Shown: positions 23,975 to 35,479, numbered from the whole stretch's first letter. The stretch: 63,829 nucleotides of DNA, filler included, from Octopus bimaculoides (GCF_001194135.2; 4 parts of 4 records of this genome joined end to end with filler, not necessarily neighbours in it), one strand, 5' to 3'. Numbers and translations: made by a program. The notes: a model not told the origin generated them from the letters alone.

Positions 23975-24415
23975 GGAATTGCGGAGCTTATCTAGACTGA
24001 GTAGACCATTAGTGATGGCCATAGGCAGGGCATTGATCCAGTGGCCAAAGAATTTTGTATGAGTAGAAGGTAGGCCACACCTTGGTCAGAATGATCAAGG
24101 AGAGAGTTGGAAGTGGTGCCTGAATGTCCCATACTCTTTGATTCCGTCTATCCTCAACTGAGGCAGAGCTTCATCCATCTCTCTCTTGGAACTTGTCCAA
24201 GCTGGAGAGGAAAGGATGTTACCTACTAAATGGGAGTAAGTGTGATAGAAGAAATAAAACAAGGAAGAGATAGAGACAAGCACTTGCATAGACCTAGGTC
24301 CCCAGACTGTTTGGACAAAGCAGCCTGATCAGAGGACTCTGCCGAGAGTTTGACATTGGCCAAGCTTTCGAGGTTCCTGAAGATTAGGCGATCAAAGCAT
24401 TGGAAGATGACAAGA
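23975..24415 (-). mobile_element. CRE-clade-like non-LTR retrotransposon fragment (RT thumb / downstream region)
   Basis: QAALSKQSGDLGLC (cf. QA.LP...GGLG) and GHWINALPMA..NGLLSLD (cf. G.WL.ALP...GL.L). Confidence 0.5.
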
Positions 24416-24419
24416 ATCT

Positions 24420-24523
24420 ATTTGGCACTCCGTCGCTTCCGACGTCGAGGGTTCCAGTTGATCCGATCAACGGAACAGCCTGCTGCTCGTGAAGTTAACG
24501 TGCAAGTGGCTGAGCACTCCACA
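24420..24523 (-). mobile_element. SINE family C 3' end (runs into gap)
   Basis: ttggcactccgtcgctt.cgacgtcgagggttccagttgatc matches 41630-41730. Confidence 0.85.
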
Positions 24524-26091
24524 NNNNNNNNNNNNNNNNNNNNNNNNNNNNNNNNNNNNNNNNNNNNNNNNNNNNNNNNNNNNNNNNNNNNNNNNNNNNN
24601 NNNNNNNNNNNNNNNNNNNNNNNNNNNNNNNNNNNNNNNNNNNNNNNNNNNNNNNNNNNNNNNNNNNNNNNNNNNNNNNNNNNNNNNNNNNNNNNNNNNN
24701 NNNNNNNNNNNNNNNNNNNNNNNNNNNNNNNNNNNNNNNNNNNNNNNNNNNNNNNNNNNNNNNNNNNNNNNNNNNNNNNNNNNNNNNNNNNNNNNNNNNN
24801 NNNNNNNNNNNNNNNNNNNNNNNNNNNNNNNNNNNNNNNNNNNNNNNNNNNNNNNNNNNNNNNNNNNNNNNNNNNNNNNNNNNNNNNNNNNNNNNNNNNN
24901 NNNNNNNNNNNNNNNNNNNNNNNNNNNNNNNNNNNNNNNNNNNNNNNNNNNNNNNNNNNNNNNNNNNNNNNNNNNNNNNNNNNNNNNNNNNNNNNNNNNN
25001 NNNNNNNNNNNNNNNNNNNNNNNNNNNNNNNNNNNNNNNNNNNNNNNNNNNNNNNNNNNNNNNNNNNNNNNNNNNNNNNNNNNNNNNNNNNNNNNNNNNN
25101 NNNNNNNNNNNNNNNNNNNNNNNNNNNNNNNNNNNNNNNNNNNNNNNNNNNNNNNNNNNNNNNNNNNNNNNNNNNNNNNNNNNNNNNNNNNNNNNNNNNN
25201 NNNNNNNNNNNNNNNNNNNNNNNNNNNNNNNNNNNNNNNNNNNNNNNNNNNNNNNNNNNNNNNNNNNNNNNNNNNNNNNNNNNNNNNNNNNNNNNNNNNN
25301 NNNNNNNNNNNNNNNNNNNNNNNNNNNNNNNNNNNNNNTTTTTTTTTTTTTTTTGCATGCCTCTTGGTTAATTCTGGGGGCGAAAGTCTAGAATTGATCG
25401 CCAACATAGGTTGGGATTTTCTCCGTTTTTGACAGGAGGAGAAGGGGTCAGATTTTCCATTCACCACGCATTTCTAAATGACGGGAGGGGAAACTTTATG
25501 AAAATGGGGAAAAAATAAATTTTAAAAAACTGAAATCCATAAAAATCCATAATTTTTGGCGAAACCATGAAGGCGATCTTTCGATCGCTTTCATGGTTTT
25601 TTTCGGTAAATATTTCGTAAGAGACCCCCGTTAAGTTACGGAGACGTAAACACAACAACAGCGGTTGTCAAGCGGTGACGGGCAGCACACACGCACATAG
25701 ATATATATACGACGTGTTTCTTTCAGTTTCTGCACCGTTTAACTTAATTCATCTTTAGCAAGTCTCAGTTATCTCCCTTAGTATTTGATCATCGTAAAAT
25801 ACCGCTAGAAATAGCAGTCAAATCCATGTGACATGGTACAGGTTATTGGACGAAATACTTAGTGCTATTTCGTCTGCCGCTACGTTCTGAGTTCAATACT
25901 TAATCCCTTTGTCTGTCCCCTCTATGTTTAGCCCCTTGTGGGCAATAAAGAGATAAGAAATAGCAGTCAAATCTCCCTCAAATTGCATTATGAAATATTT
26001 CTACTTGTAATAAATAGATTACAACTTCTTTAATACTACTTTCTGTTAAGCATTTTTTTAAATTTTGTTTTTTGTTCCCCCGTCCCCTCAG

Positions 26092-26200
26092 GACCTGAAG
26101 TCTTCACAACGACCCTGAACAAAGTGAGAAGAGAAAAATGGGTCCCTCTCAACGCCAAACAAAAGGAATATATATCGGATGTGATGAATTCAGGTATCAG
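26092..26200 (+). CDS. CENPQ: CENP-Q-like gene, internal exon (phase 1 to 2): PEVFTTTLNKVRREKWVPLNAKQKEYISDVMNSGI
   Basis: Acceptor ttttgttcccccgtcccctcAG, donor AG|GTAAGT; KWVPL...EYISDVMNSGI vs human CENP-Q TWQPL...DHLQTMMESVI (recalled). Confidence 0.7.
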
Positions 26201-26399
26201 GTAAGTTGTTGTCGTTTATTATTTAATCCTGGGTTAGTCTCGTTGAGGAAGTCTATGAATATCCAGGTAAGAAAATGGCGGTAGATGAACGATTTGTAAC
26301 AGCCGTGCAAGCAATGCACAGAGGTGAGTTTGGCATTCAGGTATCTCAGGTAGGTTGACGGAGAAGGGCTTCGTATGAAATACACACTGGAGTAGTTGT

Positions 26400-26690
26400 A
26401 ACATCATCATCATCATCATCATCATTTTGCATCTGCTTTCCATGCTGGCATGGGTTGGACAGAATTTGTCTGAAACTGTTAAGCTGCACCAGATGCCCTT
26501 CCTAATGCCGACCACTCCGAGAGCGTAACGAGTGCTTGCTTTTGTGTGTCACTGGCACAGGTGCCATTTGCGTGACACCAGTATTTGCCACAACTACGAC
26601 GGATCTTCTCAAGCACAGCATATTGCCAAAGGACTCGATCGCTTGTCGTTGCTTTCATGAGGCCCCCGAAAATTGTTTCCTGTTCTTTCA
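26400..26690 (-). mobile_element. RTE LINE 3' end with (GAT)n tail
   Basis: (CAT)n then tttccatgctggcatgggttggac...gatgcccttcctaatgcc. Confidence 0.75.
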
Positions 26691-26819
26691 GGTATGCATG
26701 CGTGTGTGTGTGTGTGTAGACATACATGCATGCATTCAATATTTGTACCTGTGTTTGTAGGTGCATTAGATTACGTACCAACAAATCTGCACAAAAACTT
26801 AGCACCACTTAGCTAATTT

Positions 26820-27150
26820 TTGGGGAAGGGGCCAATCAATTAGATTGACCTCAGTACGCAACTGGTACTTAATTTATCGACCCCGAAAGGATGAAAGGCA
26901 AAGTCAACCTCGGTGGAATTTGAACTCAGAATGTAAAGACAGACGAAATACTTATTTCTTTATTGCCCACAAGGGGCTAAACATAGAGGGGACAAACAGG
27001 GACAGACAAAGGGATTAAGTCGATTACATCGACTCCAGTATGTAACTGGTTCTTAATTTATCGACCCCGAAAGGATGAAAGGCAAAGTCGACCTCAGTGG
27101 AATTTGAACTCAGAACGTAAAGACAGATGAAATAGCGCTAAGCATTTCGA
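26820..27150 (-). mobile_element. Two nested or tandem SINE family A copies with different 3' tails
   Basis: atcgaccccgaaaggatgaaaggcaaagtc...gaatttgaactcagaa occurs twice. Confidence 0.85.
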
Positions 27151-27462
27151 CCAATCTATTAGTGGCACAGTGAAGATTTGTATGGCATTCCAAAGATTCT
27201 CCAACTCAACCACATATTTTCAAACACTGGGAAATCTGAACTGAAGAAGGCTTTTTGCTGTCTTCGCAACCAGGAAGAACTCTTTCAGGAAGAACTTGTC
27301 TAAAACTCAAAGAAAAAGCATACATACATACAGACAAATATACATACATACATACATGCATACATACTGTTATGCATACATACAGATATACATGCATACA
27401 TACTGATATACAAACATACAGATATACATACATATATAATTGTGTATATTCTTTTGTTGTAG

Positions 27463-27540
27463 TTTTGCTACATCAACTTTACCCAATTCCTCTGAAGAAA
27501 TCAGCAGTTTGGACTCTTTCCTGCATGCTGTGAAGAACAA
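27463..27540 (+). CDS. CENPQ: CENP-Q-like gene, internal exon (phase 2 to 2): FATSTLPNSSEEISSLDSFLHAVKN
   Basis: Acceptor ttcttttgttgtAG, donor AA|GTAAGA; EEISSLDSFL vs human EEIQYHLNFL. Confidence 0.7.
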
Positions 27541-27809
27541 GTAAGAACCCACGTTTATTATTGTTGTTGTTGTTGCTCTGATGTTTATGATGTTGTTTTC
27601 ATGCGGTTGTCACATGTAAACATACTGTGAAGTTATAAGTAAATATATACATGTAATGAATAGGGGTTTCGTCACTAACCAGCTGCAAAATCTAATGATT
27701 GTTGCTTCTGGTGGGATCCTATAGAAGTGCATGAGGACCCTAAACATAGACAACCTTGCTTGAACTTGTGTCTCAGGGTATTTTAGTTGCTCGTCTTCGT
27801 CTCTGTGTG

Positions 27810-27910
27810 TGTGTGTGTGTGTTTTTACAAAATTACTGGGAAACGGCTGAATGGATTTTCACCAAATTTGGCATTAGTGGCTCAAGATCATTAAATTTTG
27901 GTTTGGTTAT
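27810..27910. mobile_element. Helentron-associated (HINE/DINE-1-like) fragment
   Basis: (TG)n followed by aaacggctgaatggattttcaccaaatttggca. Confidence 0.5.
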
Positions 27911-27939
27911 CTTCAAAACTGGTGGATGGATGAATCAAT

Positions 27940-28300
27940 AAGTGGAGGCGCAATGGCCCAGTGGTTAGGGCAGCGGACTCGCGGTCGTAGGATCGTAGTT
28001 TCGATTCTCAGACCAGGCGTTGTGAGANNNNNNNNNNNNNNNNNNNNNNNNNNNNNNNNNNNNNNNNNNNNNNNNNNNNNNNNNNNNNNNNNNNNNNNNN
28101 NNNNNNNNNNNNNNNNNNNNNNNNNNNNNNNNNNNNNNNNNNNNNNNNNNNNNNNNNNNNNNNNNNNNNNNNNNNNNNNNNNNNNNNNNNNNNNNNNNNN
28201 NNNNNNNNNNNNNNNNNNNNNNNNNNNNNNNNNNNNNNNNNNNNNNNNNNNNNNNNNNNNNNNNNNNNNNNNNNNNNNNNNNNNNNAGTGCCAACACACA
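27940..28300 (+). mobile_element. SINE family C spanning a gap
   Basis: tRNA-like head AGTGGAGGCGCAATGGCCCAGTGGTTAGGGCAGCGGACTCGCGG...GTTTCGATTCTC; agtgccaac tail after the gap. Confidence 0.85.
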
Positions 28301-28461
28301 CAACACATATGCATAAACAATAAGCAGGGGAAATAAGTCTTCGTCTGGGAATATATTTATTTGATTAAATTTTATTTTGTCATATGTGCGCATAGAGTAT
28401 GCATCGTCCTTCCGATGCCCTTTTTTTTTTCTTCATTTCTTTCTTTCTTTCTTTCTTCCAG

Positions 28462-28534
28462 GTTGATGCAACAATTAGACCAAATCATTGTGCCTCCACT
28501 CAAATATTCTGGAATTGTTGATGTTGATAAACTT
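28462..28534 (+). CDS. CENPQ: CENP-Q-like gene, internal exon (phase 2 to 0): LMQQLDQIIVPPLKYSGIVDVDKL
   Basis: Long pyrimidine tract ttctttctttctttcttccAG, donor CTT|GTAAGT; KLMQQLDQIIVPPLK vs human RLLQQCETLKVPPKK. Confidence 0.75.
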
Positions 28535-28619
28535 GTAAGTACAACAGGAGCTGTTCCCTGGTGGACGTCGTTGTTGGGGATTCTCGGGGACCAATCCCGA
28601 TTCTCTTTTTATCTTTTAC

Positions 28620-29275
28620 TTGTTTAAAGTCATTGGACTGTGGTGGCCATGCTGGGGTACCACTTTTTTTTTTAAAGCTTGCTGCTAATTCTATTGCTAT
28701 CTTTTGCTGAACCACTAAGTTGTGTCAGATGTGAACAAACCAACACTGGTTGACAAGTGGTGGTGACACACACACACACACACAGATATTGAGAAGAGGA
28801 CCCACCAAGCCGAGCAAAATCGTTGAGAAGACCCATGTGCCAGTAGCATGCTGGTGGCACGTAGAAGCACCGGTTAAACTCTTGGAGTGGTTGGCATTAG
28901 GAAGGGCATCCATCCATAGAAAACCCTGCCAAACCAGACTGGAGTCTGGTGCAGCCTGCCAGCCATGTTCAAAACGTCCAACCCATACCAGCATGGACAA
29001 CGGACATTAAATGAAGATGATTTATACATACGCATCTATTTGAGTACTTAGTACACATATCTATTAGTTTGTGTCATCCTGATAAAGACTTTCCATATCT
29101 TTTACACACACACACACACACACATGACAGGCTTCTTTCAGTCTCCATTTCCCAAATCCACTCACAAGGCCCGGGGATGTAGTAGAAGACACTTGCTCAC
29201 GATACCGTGCAGTGGGAATGAACCCAGAATCATGTGGTCGGGAAGCAGCAAAGTTCTTACCACACAGCCATGCAG
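28620..29275. mobile_element. Fragmented SINE family B (minus) interrupted by an RTE 3' tail (plus, about 28790-29025)
   Basis: SINE-B 3' part at about 28620-28790, head at about 29120-29275; RTE tail aggaagggcatcc...cagcatggacaacggacattaaatgaagatgat. Confidence 0.7.
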
Positions 29276-29449
29276 CAGTGTCTATTCTGTTGATCTATAA
29301 TTCCCCATGGTGTCACTGGCACTTGGGTGCCAGTTTGATTGTGCCACTTACTCCTCATGTGTGCGTGTGTGTATTGCGATGTGGTTCTGTTGTGCACTGT
29401 GTTGTTTTTTGCAGAAGATTCTGACTTAAAAATATGTCTTTGTTTACAG

Positions 29450-29593
29450 GTAAACTTCAGCAACATAATCCAGGAGCTCGACGACAGGATCGAAACCTCG
29501 GATGGGGCGATCATCGAACAGGAAGAATTACTAGCAGAGAAGAAGCAAAGGCTGGAAAGTTTGAAGTTGACCAACAAATCTTCCCAGTTGTAG
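29450..29593 (+). CDS. CENPQ: CENP-Q-like gene, terminal exon (coiled coil): VNFSNIIQELDDRIETSDGAIIEQEELLAEKKQRLESLKLTNKSSQL*
   Basis: Acceptor tgtctttgtttacAG, phase 0 fits the previous exon, TAG at 29591-29593; IIQELDDRIET vs human LLQEEIDKMVET. Confidence 0.75.
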   Translation, partial: VNFSNIIQELDDRIETSDGAIIEQEELLAEKKQRLESLKLTNKSSQL

Positions 29594-29633
29594 TTTTTTT
29601 TAACTGTTGTCAATTAGTCTCAACTTGGCTCTG

Positions 29634-29653
29634 AATAAACAAGTCTGAATAAA
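29634..29653 (+). terminator. Tandem AATAAA polyadenylation signals of the CENP-Q-like gene
   Basis: AATAAA at 29634-29639 and 29648-29653, inside a 14-bp tandem duplication just after the stop. Confidence 0.6.
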
Positions 29654-30613
29654 TAAGTCTGTTGTCCGTGTTATGTTTTCTTTTGGTTCGGGTTGGGATA
29701 ATAAACAACTCACTGAAGGCATTATTATGATACTACGTGTTTATTTACTTGGCATGTTTACAAACAATATATATATATATATANNNNNNNNNNNNNNNNN
29801 NNNNNNNNNNNNNNNNNNNNNNNNNNNNNNNNNNNNNNNNNNNNNNNNNNNNNNNNNNNNNNNNNNNNNNNNNNNNNNNNNNNNNNNNNNNNNNNNNNNN
29901 NNNNNNNNNNNNNNNNNNNNNNNNNNNNNNNNNNNNNNNNNNNNNNNNNNNNNNNNNNNNNNNNNNNNNNNNNNNNNNNNNNNNNNNNNNNNNNNNNNNN
30001 NNNNNNNNNNNNNNNNNNNNNNNNNNNNNNNNNNNNNNNNNNNNNNNNNNNNNNNNNNNNNNNNNNNNNNNNNNNNNNNNNNNNNNNNNNNNNNNNNNNN
30101 NNNNNNNNNNNNNNNNNNNNNNNNNNNNNNNNNNNNNNNNNNNNNNNNNNNNNNNNNNNNNNNNNNNNNNNNNNNNNNNNNNNNNNNNNNNNNNNNNNNN
30201 NNNNNNNNNNNNNNNNNNNNNNNNNNNNNNNNNNNNNNNNNNNNNNNNNNNNNNNNNNNNNNNNNNNNNNNNNNNNNNNNNNNNNNNNNNNNNNNNNNNN
30301 NNNNNNNNNNNNNNNNNNNNNNNNNNNNNNNNNNNNNNNNNNNNNNNNNNNNNNNNNNNNNNNNNNNNNNNNNNNNNNNNNNNNNNNNNNNNNNNNNNNN
30401 NNNNNNNNNNNNNNNNNNNNNNNNNNNNNNNNNNNNNNNNNNNNNNNNNNNNNNNNNNNNNNNNNNNNNNNNNNNNNNNNNNNNNNNNNNNNNNNNNNNN
30501 NNNNNNNNNNNNNNNNNNNNNNNNNNNNNNNNNNNNNNNNNNNNNNNNNNNNNNNNNNNNNNNNNNNNNNNNNNNNNNNNNNNNNNNNNNNNNNNNNNNN
30601 NNNNNNNNNTATA

Positions 30614-30647
<34 letters not shown>

Positions 30648-31039
30648 CATATATATAGCTAGTGATATACACTGCGTGTCTGCCTTAGACACGGTTCACA
30701 CTGCTTAGTAGATAATCTTAAGAAAATAGAACTACTAGGGGGTGGAGGTGGATGTATTCATATATACGTATACCTATGCATACACTTAGAATAGGCATCG
30801 GATAAGCCCTTGCTGAAGGAAAATAAACCAAAAACATAGACGGAATTGAACGCACGCTTATCTGACACAAACCACGGACGGTGTAGGGGAGACAACTCGT
30901 ACATTCCCCAAATAACTTAGAAACAACAATCAGGAATTCAGCCAACAGAAAGTCGGAGACTTAACCCTCGACATGGTTACTTCGATCAGAGAGGGTGGGT
31001 CGGTTCTGGATTGTCGAATGCTTTTCATAGACTTCCTTT

Positions 31040-31580
31040 AAATATATATCTTCTTGAGTGCCCTCGTCTCTTCCTGGTCAATAGGAGGTTGGATCTTAGT
31101 TGGCAGGGTGGTCTTATATTTCCTGCCATTCAGTATTTCTGCTGGGGATTTCATGTCAGCCCTCAGTGGTGTTGCTCGTAGGGACAAAAGAGCCAGGTGT
31201 GGGTCTTCCTTACTTTCTCGGCATTTGACTAGTGTTCTCTTGCACCTGTCTTTCAATGAATCCATGACCTTTGGGGTAGTGTGGAGATGAGGTTACAATG
31301 TTGAACCCATACTCATCAGCTAGCTTTCTGAATTCCTGAGATGTGAACTGGGTTCCATTGTCACATATGATCTGCTCTGGTATTCCTTGCTCTGCCACAA
31401 GTCCTCGAGCCACTGTAGTTATTGTTCTGGCTCTCAAGTCTTTCACTTTCCTCACAAATGGGAATTTGGAGTGGTAGCAGACCATTATCAAGTACCATTG
31501 TTGGTTCTCTTTGAACAGGTCTACTCCAATAGTTTGCCATGGCCTTCTTGGAATGTCACTGGATATCATTTCCTACTTTT
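31040..31580 (-). mobile_element. Gypsy/Ty3 integrase fragment (frameshifted)
   Basis: PWQTIGVDLF...GIPEQIICDNGTQFTSQEF...TSSPHYPKGHGFIER...LSLRATPL...SPAEILNGRK. Confidence 0.9.
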
Positions 31581-31680
31581 NNNNNNNNNNNNNNNNNNNN
31601 NNNNNNNNNNNNNNNNNNNNNNNNTTAATTAATTAANNNNNNNNNNNNNNNNNNNNNNNNNNNNNNNNNNNNNNNNNNNN

Positions 31681-31718
<38 letters not shown>

Positions 31719-32384
31719 GGGGGGGGTGTACATATACACACGTACTCACATAGAAACACAGTAACATGCGCGCGCGAGCGCAGATGCATAATACAACTTC
31801 AGTTACTCCAGCTCACATCATACCAATGAGAATGAATATAATAAATGTGAATATAGCAAACTAAGCATACTGAAATTTGGTTTTGTTATCTCCGGTTCTC
31901 AATTTCTCTTCCTTCTTTCTGCTGACGATTTGTTTCTTTTACTCCTGTTACTTCAGTGCATTACTCCTCAATCAAAAGAACATACGGGAGCATTTTTAGT
32001 TATGCTTATATGTAAACAGATACATATTTGTATATATATATATCTGTGTATCTATAAACTGAAATGTATATTGTTGACAAACGTGTTGTAGCTTTACGAC
32101 AGTATATTTGCCGAAAACTGGTTGTTACCTTGACAACCAGACTACAGATTTGTCTTGCTTTCGAGTATTTGTTGATATCGTCACGCCAAACAAACAGTCC
32201 ATTGTCAATCAATAACATTCAGCATTTCTACATTTCTTTCTCTCTCCGATTGTCTCCCTCTTATTTTCTCTGTTTATATGCTTTTCTTATTTTGCCTTTG
32301 TCTTTCGTTTTCTTTCTCTCTCTCTCACACACACATTTTCACACTTCAGCAAACCCAGCACGAATATACTTTTTTTTTCTTTTC

Positions 32385-33530
32385 TACTCCAGGCACAAGG
32401 CCCGAAATTTTGGAGTAGGGAGCCAGGCGATTAGATCGACTTCAGTACGCAACTGGTACTTAATTTATCGACCCCGAAAGGATGAAACGCAAAGAAGACC
32501 TCAGCGGAATTTGAACTCAGAACGTAAAGACAGACGAAATACCGCTAAGTATTTCGCCCGGCGTGCTAACGATTCTGCCAGCTCGACAAAATTTGAAACC
32601 ATTATTAAGGTGGTAGATTAACAGAATCGTTAGAACCGCGGATAAACTGTCTTGTGGTATTTATTCCAATTCCTTACGTTCTGAATTTAATACCGCCAGG
32701 ATTAACTTAGTCTTTCATCCACCTGAGGTCGACAAAATAAAATACCTGTCAAGTTACCAGAGTCGAAGTTATCGACTAATCTTCATCCCTCAAACTACTG
32801 CTTAAACCAGGAACCATTATTAGAGTTCACATTCCGCCAAGCTCGACATTGCGTATTTACTCCTTATAGGTCGATAAAATAACGTTCCAGTCAATTACTG
32901 GGCTCAGTGATATCAGCTAACACTTTTCCTCAGTAAAGTAGCCAGAAGGTGTCACCTGAGGCAGCCCTTGCATCTGTCGCCACCCAGATCTCGAGGTATT
33001 ATACAGACTTATACAGCAGACCCCAAAAACCAGTCACATAAAAGCGTCGCCAGTTCGAAGCACCCCTCGCTCTCCCCACCGTTAATTTACCGAGGGGAAG
33101 GGCCAGTCTTTGTGACGTAGTCTATTGTTGATGATCTTTCCTTTGCCAGGAGAGGTCATCAGTGGCAGTGAGGTCCAGCACTATTAGCAACCTCGTGATT
33201 TCTAGTCCTGTGCTGTTCATATTGAGTAGGAATCGAAGTCAATATTATTTTTGCGATATGTACAATGTATTGATATTGCAATATGTACAAAGTTGAAGGA
33301 GACACGATTCACATGAGTTCATTAGTCTTTGAGATCAGGGTGGTGAATCGTTAGAACACTGGACAAAATGCTTAACGGAATTTTTTTCCGGCTTTACGTT
33401 CTGAGTTCAATTCCGCCGAGGGTCGACTTTGCTTTCACTCTTCGGGTCAATAAAATAAATGTCAGTTGAGTACCAAGGTCAATGAAATCGATTTGGCATT
33501 GCCATAAAAATTCTGGATTTGTACCAAAAT
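32385..33530. mobile_element. Cluster of SINE family A copies (32385-32585 minus; about 32605-32800, 32820-32920 and 33340-33530 plus, degenerate)
   Basis: Shared ttctgagttcaa.ttccgccgagg.tcgactttgc.tttca motif. Confidence 0.75.
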
Positions 33531-33617
33531 TTTGAAACAATTATCACTTGAGATCTTTATTCATTGAATTAGTTCGAGGTGTCAAAATTACACATGGTCA
33601 ACGCTTAAGTCCAGAAT

Positions 33618-33943
33618 GTTAGGAAGTAATGAGGACAAGTGTCATGTATATAGGAGTGGGCAGTGCTGGATGTGACCGCATGTATATTGACGTTGTTTAA
33701 GAAAAAGTATGCGGGGGACGAAGTCGAACTTTGGAATATACTAATTGTTATGGGAGTATCCTGAACACCCCCCACATGACTGAAGGTGGACTAACCTATT
33801 ACAATAAATAAGAACTGAGTGAACTGTCAGGAGGGTAGTTAACAGTGTCTGTTCGACGTGTGTTGGTTTAGCAGTCGATAGTTGAACCGTGAATACTGAG
33901 TATCGTAACTATGTTCGAGTAGTACGCAATGCGTTTTGTGTTA
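33618..33943 (+). mobile_element. Possible solo LTR
   Basis: Starts TGTTA, internal TATATA and AATAAA, candidate AACA ends; no TSD found. Confidence 0.25.
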
Positions 33944-34689
33944 ACATATTTCTGCGATAGGTTATTTTTAGATAACCACAACCAATTATTTATTTGTGTA
34001 ATATCATTTACACCAGACTGTAAAAGAACAGGAAGTTACTATAGAATGAGAGCTACTCCACAAACGCGCAATTTGTACAATCTTTATCTAATTTGTATTA
34101 CTTTTGATAAAGCTCTCGGATTTAACTATCATCAGGAAGTTATATCACAGCAAATGCATCGCCTGTAATTTCATCACAAAATATTCATATTGCCTTGCGA
34201 TACATTATCAATAAATTTCTCGTCTTTTTCTTTATCCACCGAGTATGTACATCGCTAAACATTATTTAAAACTTTTTATTCATTGAGGCACTGCATTTTG
34301 TTAAGAATGAAACAGAAATTCAAAAGGAAAAATATTTAACCCTACAATTTAGAAATTGTGAGAAACATTGAAAATGAAAGAATCAAGAAACGAAACAATA
34401 AACAAACAGTATATCGCAGGTAAAGAAATTCTTCATCACAAAAGTAAATGTAAAAAATGGTGAAGTGGGAATTCAATTCATCGTCAACATATATTAAACT
34501 CACAAGATATTGAATTGTATAAGAGACATTGGTCACAATTTATCGTTTGAAAATGTTTCTTCCATCTTCCAATATAAATTTGTGTTACATTTTTACGTTT
34601 TTTTTGTGATTATATTTTCAAAATAGCTTTTAGTATTTGTTTTTTTTTTAATTAATTAATTAATTTTGCCTTTTCTCTTTTACCATGTT

Positions 34690-35010
34690 TCAGTCATTGG
34701 ACTACGATCATGCTGGGGCACCGCCTTGAAGAATTTTAATCAAACACATCGACATCAGGGCTTGTTTTCTAGGCCTGGTAATCATTCTATAGATCTCTTT
34801 TACAGAACCGCTAATAAATAGAGATATAAACAAACCAACACCAGTTATCAAGCGGTAGTGGGGGACAATCATAAGCACAAAGAGACACAGACTTATATGA
34901 TGGGTGTCTACTCTTAAGGCATTAGCCAAACCAGGGCTATAGTAGAAGACACTTTCTCAAGATGCTGCGGGGTGGGACTGAACCTGAGACCATGTGGTCG
35001 CAAAACGAGT
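34690..35010 (-). mobile_element. SINE family B, old copy
   Basis: tttcagtcatt...catgctggggcaccgcc...gctatagtagaagacact...gggactgaacc. Confidence 0.8.
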
Positions 35011-35479
35011 TGCTGATATAAACGCGTTGCTATTATAAACCAGAGTATTTTAAGTATTCTGATCATCAATTATAATTGATATGACCCAGCTGTGGTATCG
35101 GGTAGTTTTTGAATTTTTCAGTGAATGTTAAATGCCACTTTTAATCTAGTCTAATTTAAAAGCATACATATTAATTACAAACGTACGTACATATATGGCG
35201 CTGTCAGTATCAGGCGGGCAGGTGTAAAGGAGTGTTCAAAATTCCTTTTTGAACGTTTTCCTTTATAAGTCTATAATTATGCCGGTTTCCCAACTTAAAT
35301 TACTAGCTGGTTTGTCCCTTCTGTTATAAATAAGAGAAACAAATTTTACTTATCAAACTAGCACCATTCAAACAGGATTATAAAATGTATCTTACACCAT
35401 GTGAAACACGACTCATGAATCATGGGTGAAATTTGATAACAATGTCAACATTGATACTAGCACAAGCGGTACTACGATA

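Noticed and set aside
26238-26350. In-frame segment LVEEVYEYPGKKMAVDERF... after the 26092-26200 exon
   Set aside because: It needs a 37-bp intron and breaks the CENP-Q colinearity that the 27463 exon preserves; at most a cryptic or alternative exon.
27195-27303. ILQLNHIFSNTGKSELKKAFCCLRNQEELFQEELV* possible exon
   Set aside because: Weak acceptor, in-frame stop, and wrong phase for the preceding exon.
27940-28020. tRNA-Arg-like sequence (and similar heads of SINE families B and D)
   Set aside because: The acceptor stem does not close and the sequence continues into SINE bodies; these are SINE heads, not tRNA genes.
30790-31020. CpG-richer patch resembling a minus-strand promoter or first exon
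   Set aside because: No canonical donor or downstream exon found; it may belong to the adjacent Gypsy fragment.
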